A DNA stretch of 64,000 nucleotides from a virus. The translations under genes and the position numbers were made by a program. Shown piece after piece: positions 55,655-63,821 of the stretch. The stretch lies in the IMG/VR virus record IMGVR_UViG_3300042451_001197, positions 32,001 to 96,000 of that record. One strand, written 5' to 3'. Every line of letters begins with the position of its first letter. The stretch's first letter is position 1. The notes under the pieces were generated by a model. It saw nothing but the letters and a program-made list of their open reading frames with translations. It was not told the DNA's origin and made no database searches.

Positions 55655-56002
55655 ATGCACCCGATTATACACGCAAAATCATCAGCAAAAAAATTCGGTG
55701 GAAAATGGGAAGATTATATCCATATCCACGAATGGTTTGACCAAACAAAGGCATGGATACCTAATACTGACCATAGAGTATTTTTACATCATTCTGAAGG
55801 TATATTCTTATGTGAAAAGTTTTTCGGCCCTAGTTTTGAAAATAGTGATGGTAAAATAGTATACACTAGATATATTGGAGAACAACACGTAAGAGAAGAT
55901 CTCTATAACCATATTCCAACATCAAAAGAATTTTTTGATACGTTACGGGCAAATCAAAGACCTATGTGGATTATAAGAACAATGGATATTGGAATTGATT
56001 AA
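55655..56002 (+). CDS. His-rich DUF6915-like protein (start corrected)
   Basis: MHP..HA.SSA.KFGG..EDY..IH.WFD..K...HR...HH.EGIF...GEQHV.ED. Confidence 0.7.
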   Translation: MHPIIHAKSSAKKFGGKWEDYIHIHEWFDQTKAWIPNTDHRVFLHHSEGIFLCEKFFGPSFENSDGKIVYTRYIGEQHVREDLYNHIPTSKEFFDTLRANQRPMWIIRTMDIGID

Positions 56003-56031
56003 TTTTTTTATGTTTGTAATATTTATTAGTT

Positions 56032-56694
56032 ATGGAACTAAGTAAAGAAGATTTAAAAACGTTAAAATTATTCGCATATATGTGTAAATCATATGGTATT
56101 GATGAGGCTGTGGTTGAAGTTCAATTTTACGGTGGAGGTGATTCAGATATTGATGTTTACGCTTATGAAGTAGACGGACCTAGTAAGGTTGAATTGTATG
56201 ACGCAATTTCTAATTTAATTCAAAGAATTATTGATGAAAATGATTTATCAGATTATGCTTATGACGATTCAACAGAAAGAGGATATTTAAGTTTTAATTT
56301 TGATTGTAACGAAAAAAACTTAAAAGTTGTTGGATATAGTTATGTTATGTCGTCTAAACCTATGGGTGATAGATTTGAAGAAGAACAATTATCTGAAAAT
56401 TATCCTTCAGTTATTGAATTTTTAAACGGACTTAAAGATTCAGGTGAGATTAAAAAAGAAGTTTATTTTAATGGTGGTGGAGATAGTGGTGAAGTCGAAT
56501 CTTATGGAATACCTAAAGATGTTGAGGATTTCCTTTACTATTGGTTAAGTGTATTTTACGGGGGTTGGGAAATTAATGAGGGTTCTTATGGTGAATTTGT
56601 TTTTGATACCAATGATATGTCCGTAACATTAAATTTTAATGAGAATGTAGAAATGGCCGAAAGTAATGGTCAAGTATTTTACGTTGAATTTTAA
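56032..56694 (+). CDS. DUF6878-like acidic protein with internal duplication
   Basis: F.GGGDS twice; GWEINEGS.G.F. Confidence 0.6.
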   Translation: MELSKEDLKTLKLFAYMCKSYGIDEAVVEVQFYGGGDSDIDVYAYEVDGPSKVELYDAISNLIQRIIDENDLSDYAYDDSTERGYLSFNFDCNEKNLKVVGYSYVMSSKPMGDRFEEEQLSENYPSVIEFLNGLKDSGEIKKEVYFNGGGDSGEVESYGIPKDVEDFLYYWLSVFYGGWEINEGSYGEFVFDTNDMSVTLNFNENVEMAESNGQVFYVEF

Positions 56695-57131
56695 TTCAAA
56701 AATCTTAATTTATATAATGTCGAATTAATTAACTGACACACATTATCAATTTGATTTTGTATGTAGGAATCATCACAACATTTTCTTAAAGATTCTACTT
56801 TTGAACATAAATCCTGTAAGTATTTAATGGTCATCTCAGGTGTCTTATAGTTCATAATATCATATGACTTATAACCTTTTAACAATTCATATTTACCCTG
56901 ATATGATTCAACAAGACCATCAACAAGGTCTCCAATCTCATCGTAATATTCGTTAAGTGCCTTATGCTCCGCAAATGATTTTGTTTGTAGGTGTAATATA
57001 TGTATTTGAGTTCTTGAATGTAATATCAAAGATATCATCTCTGTAAAATCAGAGGTTCCGCTTTTTTGTTCGACAACTAATCCTCTTTTTTTAACTTCTT
57101 CAAATAGTTTCTTTTTAATATTCTCGTTCAT
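56691..57131 (-). CDS. Ferritin/Dps-like four-helix protein (DUF5856-like) with leader
   Basis: H..HLQT.SFAEHKAL.EYYD...D.LVE.YQG...QN.ID...YKL.FL. Confidence 0.8.
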   Translation of the reverse strand: MNENIKKKLFEEVKKRGLVVEQKSGTSDFTEMISLILHSRTQIHILHLQTKSFAEHKALNEYYDEIGDLVDGLVESYQGKYELLKGYKSYDIMNYKTPEMTIKYLQDLCSKVESLRKCCDDSYIQNQIDNVCQLINSTLYKLRFLN

Positions 57132-57155
57132 ATGACGTATTTTAATCTATAAATA

Positions 57156-57419
57156 TCACTCATACTGAAAACGGACAAAAATTTTACCTTCAATATAGAA
57201 ACTTCTTATATAGTATTTAAAATAATCATATACCTCATCCTCCATCATTTTTTTAGATGTCTTATTGTTATAACCTTTAATTATTAAAGCGAAGTAATAT
57301 TCGTTATTATAATCATCCAAAACGTTTTTATCAGTAAGATATACTGAAACACTCTTATTATCGGAAAGAGTTATTACCATCGGTATTTCTTTGTGTTTTT
57401 TAATTATTTCTTCTATCAT
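57156..57419 (-). CDS. Hypothetical protein
   Basis: TATTTAT upstream. Confidence 0.55.
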   Translation of the reverse strand: MIEEIIKKHKEIPMVITLSDNKSVSVYLTDKNVLDDYNNEYYFALIIKGYNNKTSKKMMEDEVYDYFKYYIRSFYIEGKIFVRFQYE

Positions 57420-57436
57420 AATAATAAATATAACAA

Positions 57437-57462
57437 AATAAGGAGGTTTTCACCTCCTTATT
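57437..57462. terminator. Hairpin, likely terminator
   Basis: AATAAGGAGGT-TTTC-ACCTCCTTATT. Confidence 0.7.
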
Positions 57463-57528
57463 GGACCCATCAGGGTTTAGTCCACCACCTTATTTAACGA
57501 ACAAGGAAACGTTTACTTTAAAAGGTGA

Positions 57529-57804
57529 TTACTTTGTTACTAACGCCTCGATTTTACTTTTCATATGATCTGACAATTCATAGTTTTCGGTATTTGTAAG
57601 AACTACTGAATCCGCCAAATATTTGTATGGAAGATGAACCAAAAAATCCAAACCATTAAAGAACGTTAAATCGTTTTTAAGTTCCAAACATCCGTGAATC
57701 ATTTTTAAAAATAATTTGAATTGTTTTTGGTCTACGAATGTTTCATTAAGAACTTTACCAAATTTTTCATTCTCAATCGTTACGTTGTATTTCATTGTTA
57801 TCAT
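57529..57804 (-). CDS. Hypothetical protein
   Basis: TATCTTTG-TATT-ATG. Confidence 0.6.
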   Translation of the reverse strand: MITMKYNVTIENEKFGKVLNETFVDQKQFKLFLKMIHGCLELKNDLTFFNGLDFLVHLPYKYLADSVVLTNTENYELSDHMKSKIEALVTK

Positions 57805-57827
57805 AATACAAAGATACGAAAATTATT

Positions 57828-58589
57828 TCAATTTGCCAAATTTATTTTTGAATGTTTTAAATAAAAGTCGGGGAAACTTTCATCAGTATACCACTCATAT
57901 TTTATTCTTCTGTCATTTTCATCGTAGAATTCATAGTCATCATTGTCGTACGCTTTATTAATAACCAACATATCTTTAAGATGATACTTTTCTTCACCTA
58001 TTTGACACCACATATCATCCCTATTGTATGAACTCCAAATATCACACTTAATTAGATTTTTTTCAGATTTAACAATTTTATCCAATAACAACATAAAAGC
58101 ACCATCTTTAATTGATTCTAATCTTTTTCTCCACCCTCCCCTTCTTTGGTCATCTAACATTTCTTCAAATAGTGATTGAATTTTGTTATGAAGAATTAAT
58201 TCATCAAAAGTACATATTAAACCATATCCCCAATAACTATTCTCAACTAAAAAGTTAAGTGTGACATCCTTTTCCTCAAATTCATCGGTTTCTGAACAAT
58301 AACCACTTCTTTTAATAGTTATTGTTCCTATTGAAAACTCCACTTTTTTATGTCCATACTCAATTATAAGGTCTTCATAATTGTCTTTAACATTATGGTC
58401 GGGGATTTTTAATATTTCTTCATCCCTTTCTTTTACTTTCAACCATTTCTCAGAACCAGGTTTATATTCATTAAGTTTTGATGAATAGGTTTTTTTTTGA
58501 TAAAATTCTGAAATCTTATCCCTAACATAACCACAATTAATGAAGTCTTTTAATGAATATATATTTTTTAAATCAACTACCTTGTCCAT
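57828..58589 (-). CDS. Hypothetical protein
   Basis: 253 aa ORF. Confidence 0.65.
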   Translation of the reverse strand: MDKVVDLKNIYSLKDFINCGYVRDKISEFYQKKTYSSKLNEYKPGSEKWLKVKERDEEILKIPDHNVKDNYEDLIIEYGHKKVEFSIGTITIKRSGYCSETDEFEEKDVTLNFLVENSYWGYGLICTFDELILHNKIQSLFEEMLDDQRRGGWRKRLESIKDGAFMLLLDKIVKSEKNLIKCDIWSSYNRDDMWCQIGEEKYHLKDMLVINKAYDNDDYEFYDENDRRIKYEWYTDESFPDFYLKHSKINLAN

Positions 58590-58758
58590 CTTCTTGTTTA
58601 TTAATTCGTTCTTTGATTGTTACAAATCTTCTAACTTCTCTACCTAAATCTTGGTCATTTGTATAATTTTTAACCAACATTTCTATCATTTCCATTCTAA
58701 GAGATTCGTGTTTTAACGACAACTCATCTTTCTTTTTTTCTTCAGAATTCATATGCAA
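58573..58758 (-). CDS. Hypothetical protein
   Basis: Y.ND..LG..VR motif. Confidence 0.5.
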   Translation of the reverse strand: MHMNSEEKKKDELSLKHESLRMEMIEMLVKNYTNDQDLGREVRRFVTIKERINKQEDGQGS

Positions 58759-59233
58759 ATTTTAAGTATTTTTCTTTTAAAATTAATTCGTAATAATTAA
58801 TCGTTTTTGTTTCACTTTTGGATGACACCGTATATACCATAGGAAATTCCTTAATACATTTTTTAATTCTATCTTCCTTTGATAAGAGTTTACTTGTACT
58901 CTTTTCATAGTATAACCAAGCCTCCCAATAATGATGATACTCTGGTGGTTCAAAAGTTACAGCGATTTGATAACCAAAGAACACGAATGAAAAAACTGGA
59001 GACCACTCAAATCTGTAATCAGTTTCAGTCCATTTTGTTTTCCACCCCAACCCAACAAAATCGAACCCAATTCTTTTTGGTACAGGTTTCTGATATCTAG
59101 GATTTTGAGGGTCTTTAACCCATCTTCTTGGATAGAAGAATGGTGTTCCTACCGCAGTTTTTCCAAAATACCAATTAAGTTTTGGTCTTTTAAATGGTGA
59201 ATTAAATGCTTTCAAAAAATCTAACGTTCTCAT
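58742..59233 (-). CDS. Hypothetical phage protein
   Basis: GTPFFYPR, LGWKTKW...RFEW.P, YWEAWL. Confidence 0.65.
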   Translation of the reverse strand: MRTLDFLKAFNSPFKRPKLNWYFGKTAVGTPFFYPRRWVKDPQNPRYQKPVPKRIGFDFVGLGWKTKWTETDYRFEWSPVFSFVFFGYQIAVTFEPPEYHHYWEAWLYYEKSTSKLLSKEDRIKKCIKEFPMVYTVSSKSETKTINYYELILKEKYLKFAYEF

Positions 59234-59616
59234 TTACTTATATACTTTTCAGCGTTTTTTAAATATTCTCTAATGTTACGATTTCCTACCGGGTTAGCGG
59301 AATGTACAAACCATTTAGGGATTTTTTTATCATTATTAATACAATATTCCACTAACCATTTAGCCGCGTCATATCCGGTCTTTTCTTTAAAATCTCCATC
59401 GATAGGATCTGGTGGATTTTCGTGTCCTCCATTATTAAAGAAGAACCTTGTATGTTCAAAACCCAAATCGTGGTCAAAACTAACAAATTCGGGAATTCCG
59501 TATTTGTTAATATAATTAACAAACTGATGAAAGTCACGAACAATTACCCACTCATTTGAATCAAATTCGGGATAAACCATATCAATTGTTCTTACATCGT
59601 CAAGAAATACTTTCAT
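59230..59616 (-). CDS. Cyclic-phosphate-processing receiver-domain protein
   Basis: VFLDDVR, VSFDHDLG, TGYD, VHSANPVG. Confidence 0.8.
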   Translation of the reverse strand: MKVFLDDVRTIDMVYPEFDSNEWVIVRDFHQFVNYINKYGIPEFVSFDHDLGFEHTRFFFNNGGHENPPDPIDGDFKEKTGYDAAKWLVEYCINNDKKIPKWFVHSANPVGNRNIREYLKNAEKYISK

Positions 59617-59618
59617 TT

Positions 59619-59819
59619 TTAAACCATTTTAGATATCATAACTATTTTACTTTGAATTTCTCCTGTAAGGTCATTATAGTCCATATCAGAATACTTCTCA
59701 GAATGTCCCATCTCATTTAAAAGTTTCTTACGAGAATTTGAAGTACTATGTTCCCAAATTGTTTTTAAATACTTGTTAGTTTTCTCATCGGTAATATCCG
59801 CAACAAATTTTATTTTCAT
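59619..59819 (-). CDS. Hypothetical protein (start corrected)
   Basis: TATCTTTG-TATT-ATG. Confidence 0.5.
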   Translation of the reverse strand: MKIKFVADITDEKTNKYLKTIWEHSTSNSRKKLLNEMGHSEKYSDMDYNDLTGEIQSKIVMISKMV

Positions 59820-59842
59820 AATACAAAGATAATAAATTTTTT

Positions 59843-60157
59843 TTAATCTACAAAAAAAATACTTTCTAATTGAATAAACGAATTTGGTATCCATTTTGTC
59901 TCGATTCTATATCTTAATTCTGACATAAAATCATCGTATTCTATCTCATCTTCTTCTTTTGAGTTAGAATATATGTCAACATATATCGTTACTCTTGTTT
60001 GAGATGTGACTCTATCAACCACAATTTTATCTATTGAGTTAATAATTCTTAACTCTTCCATTTCACCCAAACCCCATTCTTCGGATTCTTTAACGATTGA
60101 ATCCAATTCTGAATCAATCACATTTTGGCAAACTATTTTTATTTTTTCATCTTTCAT
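59843..60157 (-). CDS. Hypothetical acidic protein
   Basis: Similar to body of 47497 ORF. Confidence 0.55.
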   Translation of the reverse strand: MKDEKIKIVCQNVIDSELDSIVKESEEWGLGEMEELRIINSIDKIVVDRVTSQTRVTIYVDIYSNSKEEDEIEYDDFMSELRYRIETKWIPNSFIQLESIFFVD

Positions 60158-60160
60158 ATT

Positions 60161-60400
60161 CTATTGATCTAATAAACTGGCGATAGCCGAAATTATATAG
60201 ATAAATACAAAATATAATAGGATAGTAATAAAAAGATTTATTGTGAATGTAAATAACCACAATAATAATCTAATCAAAGGAAACCATTCAGATGCTGAAA
60301 CCGGAAATAAACTCATTATTGAGTTAACAACCGTACTACCAACAAGGTAGAAGAAGAAAATAAATGTTCCAAAGAATAATATTTTACCTATTGTTTTCAT
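60161..60400 (-). CDS. Small membrane protein (start corrected)
   Basis: Two TM segments. Confidence 0.55.
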   Translation of the reverse strand: MKTIGKILFFGTFIFFFYLVGSTVVNSIMSLFPVSASEWFPLIRLLLWLFTFTINLFITILLYFVFIYIISAIASLLDQ

Positions 60401-60623
60401 AATACAAAGATACAAAATTTAGTTTAATCCGCCAAATTTATTTTAAATTTTTACCTTTAAATAATTTGAAAAACCCGTGAAAAATTAATATTATAAAGAA
60501 TACTCCTAAAATTATTAAAATAGTTATAGGGTATTTCAAACACAATTGAAAATACCCATAAAGTAGAAATAATGTTCCTATTGTAGCTAATGTCGATTTT
60601 AAAATTAGTTTTGTCATATTTTT

Positions 60624-61151
60624 TTATTTAACTAGATATCTGTAATGAGGTTTTTGAATTTCTCCTTCCGCTATTATGGTGAACGCTCTAACACTTTTTT
60701 CACCATCACTTAAAGTCATCTCGATATTAACACCAACGTGTCCTGTTACAACGGACATATTATCAATATTCAATTTTTTAACTTCGATTCTGTGAGCAAG
60801 TTTAATTAAAGAACTTTCATAATGGTCTTCAGCCTTTTTAATTTCTTTTTGAATGAACTTATCTTTACCCATATTTAAAGTTTTCCTAATTTCGTCTTGT
60901 ATTCTTCTATAAGTTACAGAATTTTTTGTATTATAAAAACCTGATGGAAAAGAATAAAAACTACTTGTCGGTAAATGTTTGTTTTTTAATTCAGGTTCTA
61001 AACCAAAATACTTACACCAATCGATATCACTCCACTTACTTTTTTTAACCAGGTCTTCATATTTTTTTTCAGACCATTTTTGAGTCATTTCGATAAATTG
61101 TTCTTTTAATGTTGTTGTTTCGGTTCGTAGTATGTTTATTAATTTTTCCAT
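60624..61151 (-). CDS. Hypothetical phage protein
   Basis: TI.A.G.IQ.PHYR.LVK C terminus; leaderless promoter. Confidence 0.65.
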   Translation of the reverse strand: MEKLINILRTETTTLKEQFIEMTQKWSEKKYEDLVKKSKWSDIDWCKYFGLEPELKNKHLPTSSFYSFPSGFYNTKNSVTYRRIQDEIRKTLNMGKDKFIQKEIKKAEDHYESSLIKLAHRIEVKKLNIDNMSVVTGHVGVNIEMTLSDGEKSVRAFTIIAEGEIQKPHYRYLVK

Positions 61152-61198
61152 AATACAAAGATACGAACTTTATTTCAATCTGCCAAATTTATTTTTTG

Positions 61199-61306
61199 TA
61201 GTCAGGTCAGGGATCGAACCTGCATTTATACCACTACATAACTCTCTTTATGGGTGAGCCGCACGAACTCTTGTTATGTATGTGTTACCAATTCCGCCAC
61301 CTGACT
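61199..61306 (-). ncRNA. tRNA-like RNA (Leu-type D arm) with expanded anticodon arm
   Basis: AGTCAGG/CCTGACT acceptor stem, TGGCGGAATTGGTA D region, CAGG-TTCGATC-CCTG T arm; 8-bp stem with 30-nt loop instead of an anticodon arm. Confidence 0.65.
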
Positions 61307-61324
61307 ATTAAGTGGCAATAACCA

Positions 61325-61657
61325 CTAATAACTACTACTAGATCTTAATTGATTTTCTTCAAATGTCGCACTTTCCCACTCATCGTCTTCGTGATTTGTT
61401 ACGTTATGAAAATACCTTGACAAACTATCCGCAATTTCAATTAGTTTTGGGTCGTTTCTCCAACCTCTAATCGTACAATCATTGTTGATTCTACCTAACA
61501 TTCCTCCACCTAAATAATTTTGGTAGGCAGTCATTTTTTCACCAGGATAACCCCATTGAGTTAGGTCGATTTCAACTCCACCACCTCTATATGATGCTTC
61601 GATACGTAATGTTGTTTCTTTAATTTTGTCGATTGTTTCTTGTGTTAGTTTACTCAT
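61325..61657 (-). CDS. Hypothetical protein (start corrected)
   Basis: MSKLTQE; AYQNYLGGG. Confidence 0.6.
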   Translation of the reverse strand: MSKLTQETIDKIKETTLRIEASYRGGGVEIDLTQWGYPGEKMTAYQNYLGGGMLGRINNDCTIRGWRNDPKLIEIADSLSRYFHNVTNHEDDEWESATFEENQLRSSSSY

Positions 61658-61715
61658 ATTGTTATTGTTTTTATTTATAATACAAAGATACAAAATTTAC
61701 TTTAATCTGCCAAAT

Positions 61716-61922
61716 TTATTTTGACTTTTCTAAAAAATACTCAATATTATCTTTTTTAAACGTCCATTTTATGAATTTTTCAGACATTCCGTTGAAGTAG
61801 TGGGAGTCTAATGCGTCATTAATAAACTCAATTATCATCTCTTCTTGGATATTTTCGTCAGTAATTTCGAGTTCTTTCATTCTATTTAAAACTCCATCGG
61901 GTATATTAATCATTATTTTCAT
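61716..61922 (-). CDS. Hypothetical protein
   Basis: TATCTTTG-TGTT-ATG. Confidence 0.55.
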   Translation of the reverse strand: MKIMINIPDGVLNRMKELEITDENIQEEMIIEFINDALDSHYFNGMSEKFIKWTFKKDNIEYFLEKSK

Positions 61923-61959
61923 AACACAAAGATACTAATTATTTTCTAATCCACCAAAT

Positions 61960-62409
61960 TTATTTTGTTCTGTCAATTACAACGTAAATAGTGTCAATAA
62001 CTCTACCTGTCACTTTCGGTTCTTGGTTATTAAAAACATTACCAAAGTTTTTTTCCAATACCTCAACTTTTGTTATAAAGTGATTTGTAAGACCTCTGTT
62101 TGAAAACCAATTCCATCCTTTTGTTTGATGATATACTAATTTAACTTTCCATCCGTGTTGTGCCGCGGAATCCAATTTGTTGATAACCTCTTGATTTGGG
62201 TTATCGTTGTCTATTGAGAAGTCAAAAGGTATTGAACTATTCATACCTGTTTGAGTTACGTTTAAGTGTCCCTCCCAACTTTTCCAAATTAAACCTGTCT
62301 CTGAGAATTGTGTTATCACTCCGATTCGTTCTCCATTTGAATAGTTTTCTGAACAACTTGATAGGGTTAATAAACCCAACAATGATAGTGATAAGATTAT
62401 TTTTTTCAT
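61960..62409 (-). CDS. Putative lipoprotein
   Basis: LLTLSS-C lipobox; YS.G.R.G....FS..G..WK.WEG. Confidence 0.75.
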   Translation of the reverse strand: MKKIILSLSLLGLLTLSSCSENYSNGERIGVITQFSETGLIWKSWEGHLNVTQTGMNSSIPFDFSIDNDNPNQEVINKLDSAAQHGWKVKLVYHQTKGWNWFSNRGLTNHFITKVEVLEKNFGNVFNNQEPKVTGRVIDTIYVVIDRTK

Positions 62410-62454
62410 AATACAAAGATATAAATTTTATTTGAGGTAACCAAATTTATTTTT

Positions 62455-62528
62455 AAGTTCGGATAGAATTACGATATCTCATACCACGTTTTGAGACCGC
62501 AATTCTAGTCTTTAGAGTATCCGAACTT
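62455..62528. other. Intergenic nested inverted repeat
   Basis: AAGTTCGGATA/TATCCGAACTT enclosing AGAATT/AATTCT and TCTCA/TGAGA. Confidence 0.6.
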
Positions 62529-62726
62529 TTATTCTTCTATTGAAATATCATACGTTTCTTCATCCTCAATGGAATCCCATTCCAAATCTTGATTAGAACG
62601 ATAATCAACTTCATCCAGAAATTTTTGTTCATCCTGATAAAATAATTCCGCATCTTCATCACTTATTTCTGCTGAGTATTTACATATTGTTGTAAATTTT
62701 TCAAACCAAACTAATTTTTTTACCAT
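62529..62726 (-). CDS. Small acidic protein
   Basis: ORF track. Confidence 0.5.
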   Translation of the reverse strand: MVKKLVWFEKFTTICKYSAEISDEDAELFYQDEQKFLDEVDYRSNQDLEWDSIEDEETYDISIEE

Positions 62727-62759
62727 AATATTTTTTTTAATAAAGATACGAAATTTATT

Positions 62760-63008
62760 CTAATAATCCAAACTTAAACCATTTTCATATACAATGTCTC
62801 TTAACATCTGTCTATATTTCTCAGCAATTTGATACTCCATTTCTGACGCTTCTTCTCCTTCAGTTATTACACTATTTCCATACTTTGTGGTGGCTCTAAG
62901 TTTATTATCTAATTCATCCACAACGTGTCTCCACTTCCAACCATTTAACGCCGCTGACGCTGATTCAAATTCTGTTTCACTATCAAATTCTAAAATTATT
63001 TTACTCAT
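62760..63008 (-). CDS. Hypothetical phage protein
   Basis: ILEF...A..G..W......LD..LR...KY. Confidence 0.6.
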   Translation of the reverse strand: MSKIILEFDSETEFESASAALNGWKWRHVVDELDNKLRATTKYGNSVITEGEEASEMEYQIAEKYRQMLRDIVYENGLSLDY

Positions 63009-63025
63009 AAGTTTTATTTTTTAAA

Positions 63026-63128
63026 TGGAACTAAGATGGGACTCGAACCCACAATGTGAACCTGTCTCAGGTACCATAACCGTTTCGGCTTTGATGTCTA
63101 GAACATCGGACTATTCACTACTTAATTC
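63026..63128 (-). ncRNA. tRNA-like RNA with three internal hairpins
   Basis: AATTAAG/CTTAGTT acceptor, GTGGG-TTCGAGT-CCCAT T arm, 3' CCA, TATCTTTG promoter immediately upstream. Confidence 0.55.
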
Positions 63129-63154
63129 TCTAACACAAAGATACTAATTATTTC

Positions 63155-63481
63155 TTAATCCTGATAAATTTTAGAAACAACCTCATCAACTAATTTAACC
63201 GCATTTAGAATATCCCTTTCCTTATCTTTCTCATACCCCACATAACTTACGGTATGTGTGTGACCAATATCTAACTTATTTAGAATATACTTAAATTCAC
63301 CATTAGAATCCATAACATAGACATCAACATTACTAACTCCGTTTCTCAAGTCATAAACTAACTTGAATTTTTTACCGTTAAGTTCAAAAAATCTTGACAA
63401 TCTTCCTACCTCACGATTAACTATTTTAGATTCGTGTATGACTTTAATTTTACTTGTTGTGGTTGTTTTTTTAGTTCTCAT
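63155..63481 (-). CDS. Hypothetical protein (start corrected)
   Basis: TATCTTTG-TATT-ATG. Confidence 0.6.
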   Translation of the reverse strand: MRTKKTTTTSKIKVIHESKIVNREVGRLSRFFELNGKKFKLVYDLRNGVSNVDVYVMDSNGEFKYILNKLDIGHTHTVSYVGYEKDKERDILNAVKLVDEVVSKIYQD

Positions 63482-63527
63482 AATACAAAGATACAAAATT
63501 TAATTTAATCTGCCAAATTTATTTTAA

Positions 63528-63821
63528 TTAACTCCAAGCCAATTGAAATGTTAAACTCATTCCCCAAGGTAATTTGTAAGCCATAAACCCACCTGTACCA
63601 ACATTAATAACTTCATTACTATACGCCGCTCGTGTCAGTAAACTCCTTGCGGTATTTCTTAGGTCTTGAATATCAGGAACTTTCATACCCGATGAACTAC
63701 CCATATACCATTGGTGGTTGGTTTCTACCATATGTTGATGAACCTTCTCAAAATTAAAGGTTGACATTATTTTTGAGTTTTGTTCTTCTAATTCCGATTC
63801 TGTAAATTTTTTCTGTGTCAT
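63528..63821 (-). CDS. Hypothetical phage protein
   Basis: F.FEKV...M....W...VP....L...A..LL...TGGF. Confidence 0.65.
   Translation of the reverse strand: MTQKKFTESELEEQNSKIMSTFNFEKVHQHMVETNHQWYMGSSSGMKVPDIQDLRNTARSLLTRAAYSNEVINVGTGGFMAYKLPWGMSLTFQLAWS

Noticed and set aside
503-62411. Opposite-strand or off-frame shadow ORFs (for example 503-709, 1112-1297, 7375-7635, 14570-14824, 28568-28822, 41558-41854, 44728-44997, 59273-59515, 62196-62411)
   Set aside because: They overlap better-supported genes, lack upstream motifs and have antisense-like composition
61199-63128. Assignment of the two tRNA-like RNAs as functional tRNAs with a defined anticodon
   Set aside because: Neither has a canonical cloverleaf with a single 7-nt anticodon loop in the normal position
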